DNA of 64,000 nt from Ylistrum balloti (lineage: Eukaryota), in assembly GCF_031769215.1 (NCBI RefSeq), contig NW_026782083.1, forward strand, positions 1,488,001-1,552,000, in the 5' to 3' direction. This document shows positions 1 to 13,500 of the stretch, piece by piece. Each line of letters starts with the position of its first letter. Within the stretch, counting starts at the first letter, position 1. Under the pieces are notes generated by a model. It searched no databases. It was given only the letters and a program-made list of their open reading frames with translations, and had not been told where the DNA came from. Made by a program: the position numbers and the translations under genes.

Positions 1-3000
1 AACTTGAACAGGTGTGGATAGAAAGTTACCATACAGTAAGATACTTCAGAATGAATGATAAAATATTAACAATGGGCCCATGGGTCCTAATGGTTAATAC
101 AAAAGCTGCTCTAAAATATCTAGTATATTTTCTGAAAAATCATAAACCAAGTTTTGTTTGGGACATTTCTGTATTGTGTACAGACTAGAATGACTTCACA
201 GAAGTTCTTGTAATATGTATAAATTCACATGCTTCTTTCAAAATTTATACGACTCTCACTTGAACGCATTTGTCATATCAACTTACTGAACTAGATCAGA
301 CTGTGACCAGTAGGTAATGATCAAATACAGAAAATGTGGTTCTCTCATGGTCTTGTATAGTAAATTACATCAGGACTAGATTATATCTATCATTTTCTGT
401 ACAGCAATTTTACTCATCTTGTTTATCAAAACAGCTTTATCTTGAAGAAATGAAATAATTCTGATGATATATGGTGGAGGTATATTTGTTGACAAGTATA
501 TCCTGGTTACACTAAACAAACTTGTATCTATAGAAATGACCTTCATACCAACAGACAACACACATTGATTTTCTAGTCATTTTTGTCTTCTGCCGACCAA
601 AAAATAGCTTTCTAACTGTCAATACCACTTAACCTGGCCTACAGGTATTGATAACCTTCCAAGCGGCCCCTTCAACACAGCTCTTTATAAATCAATAAAC
701 TTCAAACCCGAGTCCCCATAGAAAGTATAAATCAATATATTTGTACAGTCACGTGTACAGATATAGATAGTAGAAATACAGGTTCAACTTAGGTGGTAGT
801 TACCTAGAATCTCTGAATATGTAAAGTTAGACCATATGTCTTATTAGTGAAGAAAAGCAGTTTCCATTGGAATAATTCAAAATCCTTCTCAGGTCTGTAT
901 GAAGAGCAATAACCAAAATACGGCCTTCACTTCATAGAACCTTTACAACTGTATATCTACTTTTGTTGAAAATTGATATTATATCAAACAAAACACCTAT
1001 CTAAATTCTTAGTTTCAATTACTTTCTCCATACCTAAATCTATCATATCAAAGTGCTATACTGGTGCCATGGTAGATGTGATAGCTGATAGTGTGACTGT
1101 CAAATGTACAGTTATGCTTGAGCTTCAGACCACTTTCACCTCAAAAAAGTGTTTGAATCACATTGCGAGTGGGATGGTGTCTGCTAGGTTCTCAACCAAT
1201 GGCACATTAATTTTCCCCTTGAGTTTTTCTCCAATATCCCCTAAAAAATATTTGTCCTCTTAGCAGCATTGCAATAAAATCTGTAAAGAGCTGATGTTGA
1301 TTGTTGACTTGTAAAAGATATTAAATAAACCTTCATAAGCGTCCATATTTAATATAATCTCGTACAAATCAATCTATCAATCATGTGTTTCCCTATACAA
1401 CTATTCACATGGCCTTGTAAAGACATTAATAACCTATTTGTATACTACAATCAAATACACATATCAAAGTGATAAAGCTACCATAATGGTACATAGCCTG
1501 ATCAATACAGCCTGCCTACCGTATACCAGTAAACAACGTCTACCTGGGGCTAGTAAACATAATATCTCAGTATACATCTACAGATATAGAAATTAAAATA
1601 TTTCAATGACTGAAGGCTCACACATTGGATGTCTGGTATTAAACCGTTCATCGTTACATAAAGCAGATTTAATCAGGTGTGACCATACCTGAACATTTAA
1701 TAAAAATCTTGTTAGAGGTGCCACAGGTATGCATTCAAACACATCTCAGCACTGGGTTAGACAACGAAGGTAAAAAAAGTAGAAGATTATGTACGAGAAA
1801 GCAAGCAGTAAGAATACTACCAATTTCCAGAGTTGTTAATGATTATCATTGTCCCTCAAAATAACAATGTTAATCAAATCTATGATTTTTTTCACTGTGC
1901 ACTTTTACCTTTGTCAGAAATGGTTTGAAGCTACTTATGAGATATAAGTAGCTTAAAAACAATTCCTGTACAGAAAATATTTGGACTTTATTTTGAATTA
2001 CTTAGCTAAGGAATGTAAAAATCTTTGTTACAAACCTTCTAGAAAATGTGTTTCTTCTCCCAACTGATAAAATAATGGCAATAAAATAATATACAAAGAG
2101 ACAAGAGGAAATAGTAAACTTTTAAAGCTGATATAATTTATTTCATAACTTTTGCAATTCATCCGAAATGTATATATATATATCTCATTTTTGCAATCAA
2201 ATCTACAATGTATATTTCATTATTTCTTAAATGGCAGGAAACATTTGATTTACTGTAATGTATTTTTAACACTCAATCAGAATTTAATCAAACGAGTGTT
2301 TCAAGTGTTGTATGAAAACTTTGGTCTCAAACTTTTTGTCATCTGATGAAGTAATGATAATCGAACATGCATAAAGACTAAGCAGGTATATTTAAACCGA
2401 CATCAATGAAAGGTGTCAAAAAATGCACACCTGTGAAAAATATGAAAGGGCCCATCCCATGAAATAAAACAGTTATTCATCAAGTAACAAGGAGTATTCT
2501 CTATTTAAGTAATGATCAAGTATGGATGTGATCCCTGATAGAACAGACCTAGAACAACATCTACATCAGTTCTTTATTGTAAAAGTAGTCTAGTTGTAGT
2601 ATATTGTCTACAGTGTTACACAAGATTAAAGCTCCTATAGAGACAAAGTGTCAATATTATACCCAAGTTTGGTTACATAAAACAAACAGACACAAATCCC
2701 TAAGCCAATGTTAGGACAGTGGAAGTCTGGGCCAGTAAGTACTGATCACTTACAACCCAAGGATTATGTACTATATACTTAGCTATTATTAAAGCTATAT
2801 CCTCCCTGTTTGACATATTGTAATTGGTGATGAAAAACTATACTTCGCTTGTTTAAATATAAACTTCATCTGTTTTACAATAATTGAGGAACAAGTTAAA
2901 GGCTTATACATGTACTAATCCCTCTTGTAAGCCTGGAATGAAATCTAAGTGGGTTTCTTAGTGTGGGGGGAAACTGGAATACCAGGAGAAAGTGAATGTG

Positions 3001-3119
3001 AAAGATGATTGCATTTCCACCATGCCACACGACCAACCAAGTTTGGTCTTTTTACAGCTAGGGCTATCTGAAGACAATGTTCATGGCTGATTGGGTCACA
3101 CATGGATGTTAAAACCTAA

Positions 3120-3345
3120 ACATGGTATGTAATCATGACATCCCACTCAGTCACATGATACTGACTACATAGTATTTGGACACTTTTATAGTGTCATCAC
3201 ACTGAAATGCCATAACTTGGACACATTAGCATGACACCCCATGCAGTCACATTATATTGACTATAAGGAAACTGTAAAGTGTCATCACACTGAAATGTTG
3301 TAACTTAAGACACATTAGCATGACACCCCACCTGGTAACGTTAAA
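3120..3345. repeat. Decayed interspersed-repeat fragments with a local duplication
   Basis: TGTCATCACACTGAAATG...ACACATTAGCATGACACCCCA occurs twice (about 3192 and about 3280). It resembles a common mollusc SINE tail; the family assignment is from memory only. Confidence 0.4.
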
Positions 3346-4194
3346 TTCAAAACAGGCTGTATTAACTGAAACATTGAAACTTGGACACTGCATCACATTC
3401 CACCCATGTAACATCACACTGACAACAGGGTAACATTACACAGACAACAGGGTAACATGTCTTTACCACTAAGATCTGGTAACAGAACCTATCCACTGTC
3501 CTCACTTGGATGAACATTTAAGACATTGATCAATTATACAATATTGTCAAATGAGGTGTTAGAAGTGAAAAAGTTGTTCAGGAAGAAGAAAGATACAAAT
3601 TTTAGTTGTTCTTACGGTCATGTCATGACAGTAGCATGCATATACAATTCTGATGTCCAGCCTGCAAAGCAAGGATTATATATTACAGAGCAATGATAAT
3701 AGGCTGCAGTAGAAAATTGTTTTTTAAAAACTGGAATTGCATATTAGTTGAAAACATACTTGACAAGCAACTGAAAAAGAAAGATAGGTTGTAAAAACAG
3801 GATATTGGGTCTCAACCTAACAAGAAAAGATTTAATTATAAGATCTAATTAATAGGTGTGAATTTAACCAACACCAAACTTCATCGGTATAATTATAGGT
3901 CTATTCAAATACATGTATTGTACTGTGTACTGTATGCATGTCTCATCTCGTGCTTTCCACCAAAGGTTAATGTCATGTGTTATGATAAGACCCTGCTCTA
4001 ATAACAATACGCCTAATGACAAACTTAATACAACAATAGCTAATGGCAATAATTATCTACTGGAAATCTCTGACAGACACCTGCTACTTTACAATGGAAT
4101 GCTCTGTACTTACAACACAGAGTTTAAATGAGACCATAAATGACAGACTGGAACATAAACATTGAGCTCACATAGGAAGGCTTAACAAGTTATA

Positions 4195-4532
4195 GGCTAG
4201 TAGCTAGAGTTACCATTTATACAAATTAAAGGCTAGAAACCAGAGTTAGCAGAGTTATACAAGCTACAAGCTACCATTGGCTAGTAGCTAGAGTTACCAT
4301 TTATACAAATTAAAGGCTAGAAACTAGAGTTAGCAGAGTTATACAAGCTACAAGTTACCATTGGCTAGTAGCTAGAGTTACCATTTATACAAATTAAAGG
4401 CTAGAAACTAGAGTTAGCAGAGTTATACATGCTACAAGTTACCATTGGCGCTAGTAGCTAGAGTTACCATTTATACAAATTAAAGGCTAGAAACTAGAGT
4501 TAGCAGAGTTATACATGCTACAAGTTACCATT
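4195..4532. repeat. 84-bp tandem repeat, 4 copies
   Basis: GGCTAGTAGCTAGAGTTACC starts at 4195, 4279, 4363 and about 4447. Confidence 0.95.
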
Positions 4533-4545
4533 AGCACCTAGATAG

Positions 4546-4898
4546 TGTTACCCTTGTAAAGTATTAGCGGTAATATACCACTCAGCTAGAGAGAGAACTT
4601 CTCTTTAGCTTGATTGGTTGAGCGTCAGACTGGTAAGCCAAGTTTGATTCCTAGTGGAGGCATTGAAATATATAATGACCTCTGTTACATTGGCGCCTAT
4701 GTAGGGACCCGGGAATAGTACTTAGCCATGCCCCACCAGCATCACTGTAACCCCTGGAAACTCAAGGACAAGGTATTTTCTGGAGGGGGAGTAGGTAACC
4801 CTGGTAAAATACTAGCCTCAATATACAACTAGGCTAGAGAGAACTCGATTGGTTGAGCGTCAAACTAGTAAGCCAGGGGTCCCTGGTTCGATTCCTAG
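4546..4898 (+). mobile_element. TRIM-type non-autonomous LTR element with a tRNA-like sequence in its LTRs (Helenus/TRIMp3-like); 3' LTR truncated
   Basis: 5' LTR 4546-4689 (TGTTAC...GTTACA). PBS-like TGGCGCCTATGTAGGGAC (4691-4708; 13/18 to the tRNA-Lys(UUU) PBS TGGCGCCCGAACAGGGAC). Internal region 104 bp, PPT GGAGGGGGAG (4782-4791), second LTR from 4794 with B-box GGTTCGATTCC, cut off at about 4898. Confidence 0.8.
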
Positions 4899-4962
4899 GC
4901 TAGAAACTAGAATTATCATAGCTGTACAAAAAGTTATAGACTTGTAGCTGAAGTGCTTACTA

Positions 4963-5809
4963 CATATATATTTAATGATATACTAGAACACCAATCACAC
5001 ATCCCAATAACTACCCTCCTACCAAACATCAGCATCCTAGGATATATATTTAATGATATACTAGAACATGAATCACACACCCCAATAACTACCCTCCTAC
5101 CAAACATCAGCATCCTAGAATATATATTTAATGATATACTAGAACATGAATCACACACCCCAATAACTACCCTCCTACCAAACATCAGCATCCTAGAATA
5201 TATATTTAATGATATACTAGAACATGAATCACACACCCCAATAACTACCCTCCTACCAAACATCAGCATCCTTGAATATATATTTAATGATATACTAGAA
5301 CACCAATCACACATCCCAATAACTACCCTCCTACCAAACATCAGCATCCTAGAATATATATTTAATGATATACTAGAACACCAATCACACATCCCAATAA
5401 CTACCCTCCTGCCAAACATCAGCATCCTAGAATATATATTTAATGATATACTAGAACACCAATCACACACCCCAATAACTACCCTCCTACCAAACATCAG
5501 CATCCTAGGATATATATTTAATGATATACTAGAACATGAATCACACATCCCAATAACTACCCTCCTACCAAACATCAGCATCCTAGGATATATATTTAAT
5601 GATATACTAGAACACCAATCACACACCCCAATAACTACCCTCCTATCAAACATCAGCATCCTAGGATATATATTTAATGATATACTAGAACACCAATCAC
5701 ACACCCCAATAACTACCCTCCTACCAAACATCAGCATCCTAGAATATATATTTAATGATATACTAGAACATGAATCACACACCCCAATAACTACCCTCCT
5801 ACCAAACAT
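4963..5809. repeat. 78-bp minisatellite, about 11 copies
   Basis: TTTAATGATATACTAGAAC recurs every 78 bp (4971, 5049...). It produces the repetitive ORFs on both strands. Confidence 0.95.
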
Positions 5810-7987
5810 CCCCCCCCCACCCCCCACCTGCTATTCTTCATGTCTACATTAAATACTAAGCTACTTGTGTCAGAAAACAATGGTGAATTGAATATATTTC
5901 AATCATTCTGAAAATTAATGTAACATGTTTTTATACAGATAGAGGATAGACTGAACCTTCCTTGCCCTATCTATTGAACAATGTCTAGGCTATATACCAT
6001 ACATATCGTTCAATATCAGGATAAATTCTTTTTCTTATTGTTGTAATAAGCCAACTCGGATTTTGCGTCATAAAAGTTTGATTGTTTGAATATTGTTGAC
6101 ATTATAGGCACATGGACTGATCCATAATTACTCAACTGTTGTTCAGTCATATGTCAATCTTTCAAAACTTGCAAATTTGAAGATTGATGTAGAGAAATAT
6201 TGATCAGATTAATATTGAACTTCAGTGTACTATGTATGGCAGTAAAAGTGCACACAACACAGTACATAGATAACCAAAACCAAGTAAAGAGAACCTGGAA
6301 GAAATGTAAGTCAACTCAAAACCTTTTAAAATGTTTACCATGGCCTTTTAAATCATAAGTAATGTCACTTTGCCAAAACCAATCTACATTTTATTTAATG
6401 AATCGTGACAATAAACAGCTATATACTGTATACATAAGTAGCTAAAATTACCTGTCGTTTAATTTCAAATTTCACCCCTTATCTTATAAATGCTGACCCC
6501 CATCATTGATTACAAGCCAATCCATGTTATAAAGTAGGGGAGAGCAGCATTTATTTCACCCTATCGACCTCTTGTAGTCTTGCGCCTTAATCTTGTAGAA
6601 GTAGCCCGCAACACCTACGTCTCAATACACATCCATTCAAACACGGATTTTATATTAAAGTGTATAAAAAGGGACAGTCTCAACCAGGGATTTAAGGCCA
6701 TTTGGCTGATGATCCCTGCCAAGTGACAGTCATAGTATCATTGTGTGAGGAGATAACATTGTGATTGGAATATTGATGACAGGGCAGTAGAAGAATATTA
6801 ACCAGTTAACCAGCAAAAGGGTCTAAGGAAGGCATCATCTTTCCTGTCTCTAAGTTAGGATACAAGACAGAGCTTCCTCTTAATTCTAAAGAACATGTGT
6901 TTTTTTGTGAGAAAATATAATTCTGACAAAGTGTTCTGTTTTCAAATTCTTTGATTCCATAAGGAACTTTTAAGTTGTTTGTGATAAAAAAAGGAATTAT
7001 GATAAAAGGTGCTAACTTTAAGAGATCTCAACATGTTTCATTCAAACAACGGGACACCAAGAATGGCATTTCTAAATCTCAGGTACGTGTTTTTTTGTCT
7101 GGTATATGTCAGGTCAATGAAATCCTGACAAAAACTTACAAACTTATCACACTTCTGATGAAGGAATGATAGAATAAAACGTTTTCAGGAATGTTATTTC
7201 ATCCTAAACTTATGACATTTTATACCTGTTTGTTAGTATATAATAATATACACACTTGTAAGCTTTTCTTGTGTCTGTGAAGTTTCTAAAATACTTATAA
7301 AAGTTATTTTAATTATTTTTAAACATATCTAAAAATGAATAGGTTGTTCTTTGCAAAATATGGTAAAGACAGACTTTTAATGAAGAATTTCATACCTGTT
7401 TTATATCATAAAAAAGTCTGTGACAATATGGTTTGCTGACAATAACCATGTAAAAGGAGGGGTTCTGTAGTGTTATATATTTATGTTACTTCTCTGGAAG
7501 AACTTTGTAAATTTGTTTTCTATGACATTTTTTTGTGGGAAGACTAAGCCATTCAAAAATGAGATTATACCTGCATATCAACAAGTTGTTGATCAAAGTT
7601 TCCTCTTTATACTAAAGGTTTCTACAAGTTTATATAAAGCTTTGATTATATTCTAGAAGCAAAACACACTTTATTCAATTTAATACCTTTTCTGGTAAAC
7701 ACATACCATTATATAATACTTCCATATATGACTAACACTATAAGCATGTTTCTCATTCGTTTCTACCTGAATTTTGTGATAAAATCCAAGACACGCCTAT
7801 AGCAAGTGGTATTGTAATATGATACTACCAGCCTTTACAAGTCAAACACCTACATGCAATTCTGTCACCTTATGACTGCAGATATGTACTAGCATTACAA
7901 AAATAGGTTTATCTGTGACCATTTAATACAGCATTGCCATGAAGGCCATTTGATGTAACATTGATATGACAAACAGTATGCATAGTT

Positions 7988-8412
7988 TCTTCTGTGCTCA
8001 CTTTTAACTTTATACATTATGTATACATTCTTGTGTGCTCACTTCTTACTTTATACACTATGTTTACATCCTTCTGTGCTCACTTTTAACTTTATACACT
8101 ATGTTTACATCCTTCTGTGCTCACTTCTAACTTTATACACTATGTTTACATCCTTCTGTGCTCACTTTTAACTTTATACACTATGTTTACATCCTTCTGT
8201 GCTCACTTATAACTTTATACATTATGTATACATTTTTCTGTGCTCACTTCTAACTTTATACACTATGTTTACATCCTTCTGTGCTCACTTTTAACTTTAT
8301 ACACTATGTTTACATCCTTCTGTGCTCACTTATAACTTTATACATTATGAATTTATTCTTCTGTGCTCACATATAACTTAATACATTATGTATACTTCCT
8401 TCTGTGCTCACT
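7988..8412. repeat. 41-bp minisatellite, about 10 copies
   Basis: Unit CTTCTGTGCTCACTTTTAACTTTATACACTATGTTTACATC (8071, 8112...). Confidence 0.95.
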
Positions 8413-8552
8413 GCTTGTATTTCAGTAGTATAACTATGTCATTTATTTGCCATACGGTTTGGAATACACACACAGGTAGCTAATAATAAATTGCAGGAAA
8501 CCATTGATACTTCAGTGTTATGGGTGTATAACGACATTGCAAAGCTTTACAG

Positions 8553-8748
8553 ATATTACCTGGCTCCTTCACAAAGAATAAATCATATGACCTTTTCTAT
8601 ACTCTCTTCTTCACTAAGACCTCACTTCCACCGATAAGATATTGTTGGAGACAAGGTTCTGGCACGAAAATTTGTCAGTATGCTGGTAAACTCAATACTT
8701 AGAAACATTCACCACAGTATAATCCAGGAGATTCTTAATGAAGATCTG
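8553..8748 (+). other. Candidate upstream exon of the LRR-ROC-COR gene (5'UTR or short N-terminal extension)
   Basis: Bounded by ttacag| and CTG|gtaagt. ATG 8680 gives MLVNSILRNIHHSIIQEILNEDL ending in phase 0, which would splice in frame to tttgcag|AAA GCC AAG AAG ATG (10509). There is no homology support. Confidence 0.35.
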
Positions 8749-10520
8749 GTAAGTCAAGAAATCTTTAGAAAAAACAATGAAAAGAGGACTACCATTGAAT
8801 TAATTAGGGGAATTTTAGGTTTTCTTTACTGTAAAATCATGTATTACTATCTTATGGACATTTCATTTGACTTAATAATAGTGCTCAATCAATCAACTTG
8901 TAATGATTCTAAAAGTGGACTTATCATTTGCTGGATTTGGAAAAACCACAAAATCAATAATAACAAATCCCTCACAAAATTAATGATTTTTCAGAACATT
9001 GATAATGGAATTTTACAAAGAGTTAAATATCATTTGTAATACATGTACCTATATCCCCAAATTTGTCAAATAAACAGAAGGCTTTTTCATTCACTAAAGC
9101 TGTGATAACGTTTTGTAACAAAAGAATGAAAACGTTGCTAGCTTTTCACTTGAAATACATGGTAACAAATACAAGCAGTACAGTGATACTACAGCAATAC
9201 ATGTCTCCAATGTGCATAAGAACTACAGGATTAAACAAATCTTGCCAATCTTTTTAAAGTCATAAGTATTTTCATGTACTGACAGATTTGGAAATACACC
9301 TTAAACTGCAGGTGGAACAAAATTTATTTGCTTCATTTAATTTAGCCAGTGTTACATACTGCATTATTATAATCTAAGGTCACTCCTGTACAGGTAACTT
9401 GACCTTTGGTACAGGTATACAGTCTGTCTACTTTAATAAAGTACAAATATTCATATATTTAAAACAAGACTTGTACAAGTACAAATACAGAAGTTTATTG
9501 GCAGGTGTTTGACAGAAAATCCATAGCTTTAAGTATGGACACACGACACTGTCTACACTCCGATATTCTATACTGGTGATCTACCAATCATTAAACCAGA
9601 GTGTTTAATTCAAATTTCTATCCGAAACATTAATACATATCAATGTTATAGTACTGGCAACAAAAAGACTAGATCACTATGCCAGAGACTGTGAGGAGGT
9701 TTGATATTGTGTATGTGTATATCATTTGTTTTCTATAAACAGGATATCGTCAGATATATCTTATAAAGCTAACCTGGTGTTACCACGTAGTATTTAATAT
9801 CAAGTAGAAACTCAATTCAATCTATTTGAACTTTATACTTGATCCATCTAAAACATCACAAACCAAATAATCAGGTGTAAATGATTCTGTACTTTTATTT
9901 TGATGGTTCAAGTTTGCGATATTAGACCAAATATTTGAAGCAAACAATGATGCATTTTTTTCATAGAAGTCACGACACAGAGCAGCGATTTCTTGAACCT
10001 CCTCTAAAATAAGGTCCTGTAAGACATTATTTTAACAAATAATGTACACGTGTTACAGCCAGCACACACCTCTTGGTAATATAAATATCTGTTATAGAAC
10101 TAAGAAGTGATTTGATGTGTCATGAGATCAGATCAAACTTTCTACCCTGATCTAACCAAATCCCAGTGATATCAAATTCATACTTAAACAAGTAAATTTT
10201 ATAGGATGGTTAGCAAGAATTTCAACTGTAATCTTGCAAAGCACAAATTCAGTTAGTAGAACTATATAAAATCTGCTGATAGTTAAGTACTTTATTAAAT
10301 ACTTTACATTTAAGCCACACCAAGCCTCTCAAGCACTGTATTACCTGGGTATAAGTATAAACACATATTATATATTCCTTATGTATCATAATCTAATGTA
10401 TTGAGATCATTCGCTACATATCTGTTGAATTCAAGATAAGTTTAATAATGCATATACATTGTAAATTTCATCAATTACCATTGGAATACATATTTTCTGT
10501 ATTTGCAGAAAGCCAAGAAG

Positions 10521-13500
10521 ATGTCCGACTTTGAGTCTGACAGTCTACAAGTAGAATCTCCCAGGAGAGCTACAATAAGAACGTCTGACAGTGCCTCCCC
10601 ACCACGGTCTGCGCGGCGCAGAACATCAACCTCGCCTCCTAAATCTGGGCGATCTAAGAAAAGCAATGATAAATCACCATCACCATCACGCAGCAAAAAG
10701 AGTGCATCTTCAGATCACTCTGCAAAATCAGCCAAAAAGAAACGGTCCGTTACTATGAAAGTGCCAGACTTAACGGAGTCTGGACTAAAGAAGAAGGTGT
10801 TCACAGGAGAAGGACTTACAGTAGTCCCAGTTAGTCTACTTCACGGTGGGTGTCACCCTTATATACTGTTAAATGTTTCCTAAGTTTTTTGGCAAATTGT
10901 TTTTAAATGATGTAATCAGAATTTTAAAAGATACAATTGTTTTTATTGGAGATATATGATAGGAATGCTGATGAATATAATTACAATTCCACATGATCCA
11001 AACTCTAACTCATGTAACATTTGGCAAGAGATTTTTGTTATGTTTTTCAGCCTAGAAACAACTAGTATAAACCAAATCCTTAATTAAGGAAACAATCTGG
11101 CTAGGCTTATTACTATGCTACTCACCAGATAGCTATCACAGCAGTATAAATATGTGGTGAGAAGCCACAGAACATTAGACAGGCTGAGATCATATACAGG
11201 TATACTTGGCTGGTGACATTATCTTAGTCTCCATCACTCTTCCTTTTGCTAAGGCATCAGTGTTCTGTCAGAGTGACATTGACTCGAAGAATTGTGATAG
11301 GAATCAGCTGCTGGTAGTGTTAGATTTCATTATTTTGAGTAAATTTCTCCATTCTGATAAGAGTAAGATAAAATGTGTATAAAAATATGTATGTACTTTA
11401 AGTCTAATTAATTTATGTGCTGAATAACACAATCATACTGTTGGTATTTCTTTTCTATTAAATTTATATCCCAAAGAGAACAGCTTTTCAACAGACTTTA
11501 GTGAGGGTAGGTAATATTGACTGATGTCGTCGCTGCTGCATGGTCATTTGCTTCAGCAGAAGAAACTAATCAAAACAACAATTTGATTTGAAAATGCCAG
11601 GAAAAAAATTACCAAAATAAAAAAAATAATGTTTATTACACATAATGAAACTGGCAGACCTTAATATCTTTGCTGCATGTCAATTGTTTGGGCAATTTCA
11701 GGTTACTCAAGTTTGTGATGATGAAAATATCATGTCCTCTAACCTTTACCCAATAAACTGACCTTGACCTGTGATACATGACCTGTAATATCTTAACCTT
11801 GTGTTGCATGAATATAGGTCAAAATCATCCTTAACAATGAACACACAATTCACTTTCAGCCATACCAAAGTTTCCAGTTGTATTTTGTTCATTGCTTTTC
11901 TGAAATTTTCTAAATGATGCTTGCACTACCAATTATCCTGCTGTCCAGTAACTCAAAATCAGGTTTTCCAGTAACAGAAATGTTATCATTGATGAATTTG
12001 AAGTCCATCGTTGGTTGACTTATTGGATGGTTTCTGATTTTTTTCTTAACATTTTGGTTTGGAATCCATTTTCTCTTTTTTTTTTTTTTTTATTATTTTT
12101 GCAATAAATGACTGTACAACAGTTTTTTCCTACTGAACAGGAACAAACAATATGAGAATGATAAACAAAGAAGAATTACTTTTTTTCTACAGGAAATAAA
12201 ACTGCTTTAGTATATAAATGTACTAGAGTGAAATGCATTACATCGTATGGATAACCCAGATAATACTGGGTTGATAAAATGTTTTTTCCATTATATCATT
12301 CAGTATCATATGTATTTATTAATATATTTGCCAAACCTTTGCATATATAGAAAATTTTCTGGGTTGTTTTTGTTCAAATTTGTCTACATCCCAATATACA
12401 AGAGGATTTTTTTAAAACCTACCAGTATTATAAGTACATGTAGTTGCCAATACAAAATAAATAGTTGACACTTCTTAAAATGTTTCTTTCTTTTTACTAC
12501 AACAGAAGCCAACATTGGGGAGCTATATCTGAACAACAACAACTTGAGGACTCTACCACCTGACATTAAAAGATGGAAGAATCTACAAAAACTAGACATC
12601 AGTAAGAATGGGATTCGTTGTGCTCGTCCGAATGATTTCTCTGGTCTTCCAATGGAAATGAAAGATCTCACTCACTTAGAAGATTTAAATATCTCTGAGT
12701 GCAACCTGCCATATATTCCTCCGGTGATTTGGCGACTGACCAGCTTAAAAGTCCTAGATATTAGTCGAAACAAAATCAACATGTTACCTTCAGAAATCGG
12801 TAACCTTGGAAACTTGATTAGCTTAAATTTAAAGCACACCAACTTAGCAACTCTTCCCCCAGAAATAGCATACTGCCAAGACTTGGAAGAAATTCTGATG
12901 TGGGGCAACGAAATTGAGACTCTTCCCGAAACTCTCCCAGAAATGCCAAAACTACACACACTGGCATTTGACTATCGTCATTTCTGTAAGCTAGTTGACC
13001 AAACATACATGGAAAATTACCTTAGTACAGGACAAATCAAGTCGAAACACATACCTATGGTTGTATTTGAACTACCTGCACTAAGATCTCTAGACCTGGA
13101 GAATACCAAGATCAACAACCTGATGGAAATCTACAACATCAGTATGCGGGAATTTAACCTAAGTCACAACTTCATACAGACACTTCCTTTGAGCTTGTAC
13201 AAGCTTAACCATCTTGTCTTCTTGGACTTGTCCTATAATCAGATCGCGACGCTCCCTGATGAACTTGGGAATGTAAAGAGCCTCATCAAGTTACGAGCTA
13301 GCAACAACAAACTGCAGCAAGTACCGACAACCATAGGTCAATTACATAATCTCCTAGAACTTGACCTCGGGTCAAATCAGTTGCAAACTCTCCCTTCGTC
13401 TATCTGCTATTTACAAACACTGAAAACACTTATCATATGTGAGAACAAACTCACTGCACTTCCTGACGAGATTTGTGATCTGTCTGGATTAGAAACACTA

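Noticed and set aside
376-1300. Decayed LRR/TLR-like pseudogene on the minus strand
   Set aside because: A few LRR-like words appear (LKFIDL, VTRIYLSTN), but the frames I checked have many stops and no consistent motif spacing.
3864-4049. Hydrophobic minus-strand ORF as an LMF2 or other membrane-protein exon
   Set aside because: No match to LMF2 motifs and no convincing splice pair.
6486-6554. 10-bp perfect inverted repeat ATAAATGCTG/CAGCATTTAT
   Set aside because: No TSD or second copy in the window; it could arise by chance in AT-rich DNA.
11124-11225. Exon-like minus-strand segment ending ATCTG|gtgagt (NVTSQVYLYMISACLMFCGF...)
   Set aside because: The donor is good but the acceptor is weak, there are upstream stops in all frames, and I recognise no homology.
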